From the IMG/VR virus record IMGVR_UViG_2595698964_000001, positions 79,987 to 143,986 of that record: DNA of 64,000 nt; one strand, given 5' to 3'. The translations under genes and the position numbers were made by a program. Origin of the DNA: a virus. Taxonomy: Duplodnaviria > Caudoviricetes. Below are positions 62,874 to 64,000 of the stretch, in pieces. Every line of letters begins with the position of its first letter. Within the stretch, counting starts at the first letter, position 1. The notes beneath the pieces were generated by a model. The model saw only the letters and a program-made list of their open reading frames with translations. It had not been told where the DNA came from and ran no database searches.

Positions 62874-63137
62874 ATGTACCTAGATAGAGAGTGGTTGAAA
62901 GAAAACTTCATTGAAGGTACTCCTGAGAATACTAAGGTTGGGGATCAGGTTTATGTACATGGTATTGACGGGGTAGATGAGGTGTTATATAAGCATACAG
63001 TACAAGAAGTACTTGAAAACTCTATACGCTCGATAGAAAATAACTATATGACGCTCCCATACGTTGACCATCCAGTAAGCCGAGGAGTAGAAGCTCACAG
63101 ATTCTGGTATTTTAAGAGAGAAACGAAGGAAGAGTAA
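62874..63137 (+). CDS. Hypothetical protein
   Basis: RBS AGGAGG; KVGDQVYV. Confidence 0.65.
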   Translation: MYLDREWLKENFIEGTPENTKVGDQVYVHGIDGVDEVLYKHTVQEVLENSIRSIENNYMTLPYVDHPVSRGVEAHRFWYFKRETKEE

Positions 63138-63307
63138 TGGCTACTGTTAAGTTCAGACCTGATATATTTGTGTATACAGATATGGGATATAGTATAGGAC
63201 GTACTGTTGCTTGGAAGCCAAAACCTTGTTTTAGATGTAAGGAAAGACCTACTCAAATAGGAGCTGAATGTAATCAATGCTACAAGGAGAGAGTCTATGA
63301 AGAGTAA
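63137..63307 (+). CDS. 56-aa zinc-finger-like protein
   Basis: TAATG coupling; CFRC...CNQC; missing from ORF track. Confidence 0.6.
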   Translation: MATVKFRPDIFVYTDMGYSIGRTVAWKPKPCFRCKERPTQIGAECNQCYKERVYEE

Positions 63308-63788
63308 AGAGATGATACTTAAAGCGTTGGAGGATAGGATTAAAGTCACTAAACAAGCCCGTGACCGTTTTGAGGTCGAGATACTACACGGTAAGCCGGA
63401 TGGGTTAAACTATATAACAGCAGATACTCTGAGTAAGAGACTAGTAGAGCTTGAGACGTATTATAAGCTGGTTGAAGATACGTATAGCGATATACCTAAG
63501 TATGTAAGTGAAGATGGTGTACCATTAGTATCTCAGTATACAAGAGAAGTACCAGTATTAACCGTTGAAGACTACGAGAAGTGGTATGATCTATATTTGA
63601 TTATGCCTAACGGAGAGGTAAAGACAGTTGACTGGGATCAGAAAGAGCTTCAAGATGGATGGAGAGATCATTGTATTGTCCCGTATAATATGCATAAGCT
63701 TGCTCAGGATAATGGATGGTATCTAGGATGGGAAGTAATGGAGAGAGTATACGAGATGTATAGTGAGTATGTGAGTATTGTAGATTGA
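63297..63788 (+). CDS. Hypothetical protein
   Basis: RBS AAGGAG; W.DHC..P motif. Confidence 0.65.
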   Translation: MKSKEMILKALEDRIKVTKQARDRFEVEILHGKPDGLNYITADTLSKRLVELETYYKLVEDTYSDIPKYVSEDGVPLVSQYTREVPVLTVEDYEKWYDLYLIMPNGEVKTVDWDQKELQDGWRDHCIVPYNMHKLAQDNGWYLGWEVMERVYEMYSEYVSIVD

Positions 63789-63825
63789 ATCGTTAAATAG
63801 ATTATGGCGTCAGTTATGAAGCATG

Positions 63826-63873
63826 AGCCTATACATATTTCCTGAAATGTTTTAAAGGAAACGTATAGGCTTT
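63826..63873 (+). terminator. Long stem-loop closing the accessory operon
   Basis: AGCCTATAC/GTATAGGCT with inner TTTCCT/AGGAAA; short T tail. Confidence 0.55.
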
Positions 63874-64000
63874 AAATGTAATGAATTGTTTAAATAATGT
63901 TTTAAAACCTACTCTCAACAACACTGCTGATTGCGTTTAAATATTAAACATTTAAAATGTACGTGTATGTTTAAAATATGATGGTACACCATGGAAATTG

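Noticed and set aside
1-64000. tRNA/rRNA genes, integrase, transposase, CRISPR array
   Set aside because: No cloverleaf or T-loop signature in intergenic regions, no recombinase or transposase motifs and no repeat-spacer pattern seen by eye

Overview
A 64-kb segment of a lytic SPO1-like (Herelleviridae-type) Bacillus myovirus, almost entirely coded on the + strand. Order: baseplate, adsorption and tail-fibre genes (1-12.0 kb); replication module with SF2 helicase, wHTH protein, DnaB-like helicase, SbcD/SbcC, primase, dUTPase, resolvase and class Ib nrdIEF (12.3-26.4 kb); sigmaA-driven genes and an SPO1 gp28-like middle sigma (26.5-29.6 kb); a thymine-modification locus with TF1/HU and a family A polymerase (29.7-39.7 kb); UvsY-, SSB-, RecA-, FEN-, ligase- and late-sigma genes (40.2-46.7 kb); a small membrane operon with a VirB2-like protein and a VirB4/VirD4-like ATPase (46.7-50.6 kb); and a long accessory region including a nucleotidyltransferase-like gene, a poly-gamma-glutamate hydrolase and an Apyc1-like metallo-beta-lactamase-fold protein. 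The dUMP hydroxymethylase plus a P-loop kinase::5hmdU-DNA-kinase fusion points to a phage SP10-type hypermodification pathway; strain identity cannot be confirmed here. The best candidate for an undescribed system is the 897-aa ORF at 29662-32355. It is a second thymidylate-synthase-fold paralog that keeps the catalytic Cys but lacks the 3'-OH-binding HxY motif, and it is fused to a cluster-less radical-SAM-like barrel. It may be a DNA-level enzyme acting on phosphorylated 5hmdU. Other highlights: the mini secretion-like operon, an antisense 21-aa peptide inside a type I toxin-like folded RNA, a G-U-rich hairpin/pseudoknot in the SSB leader, and 12 copies of a middle-promoter motif. All family assignments come from motif recognition by eye; no searches were run.
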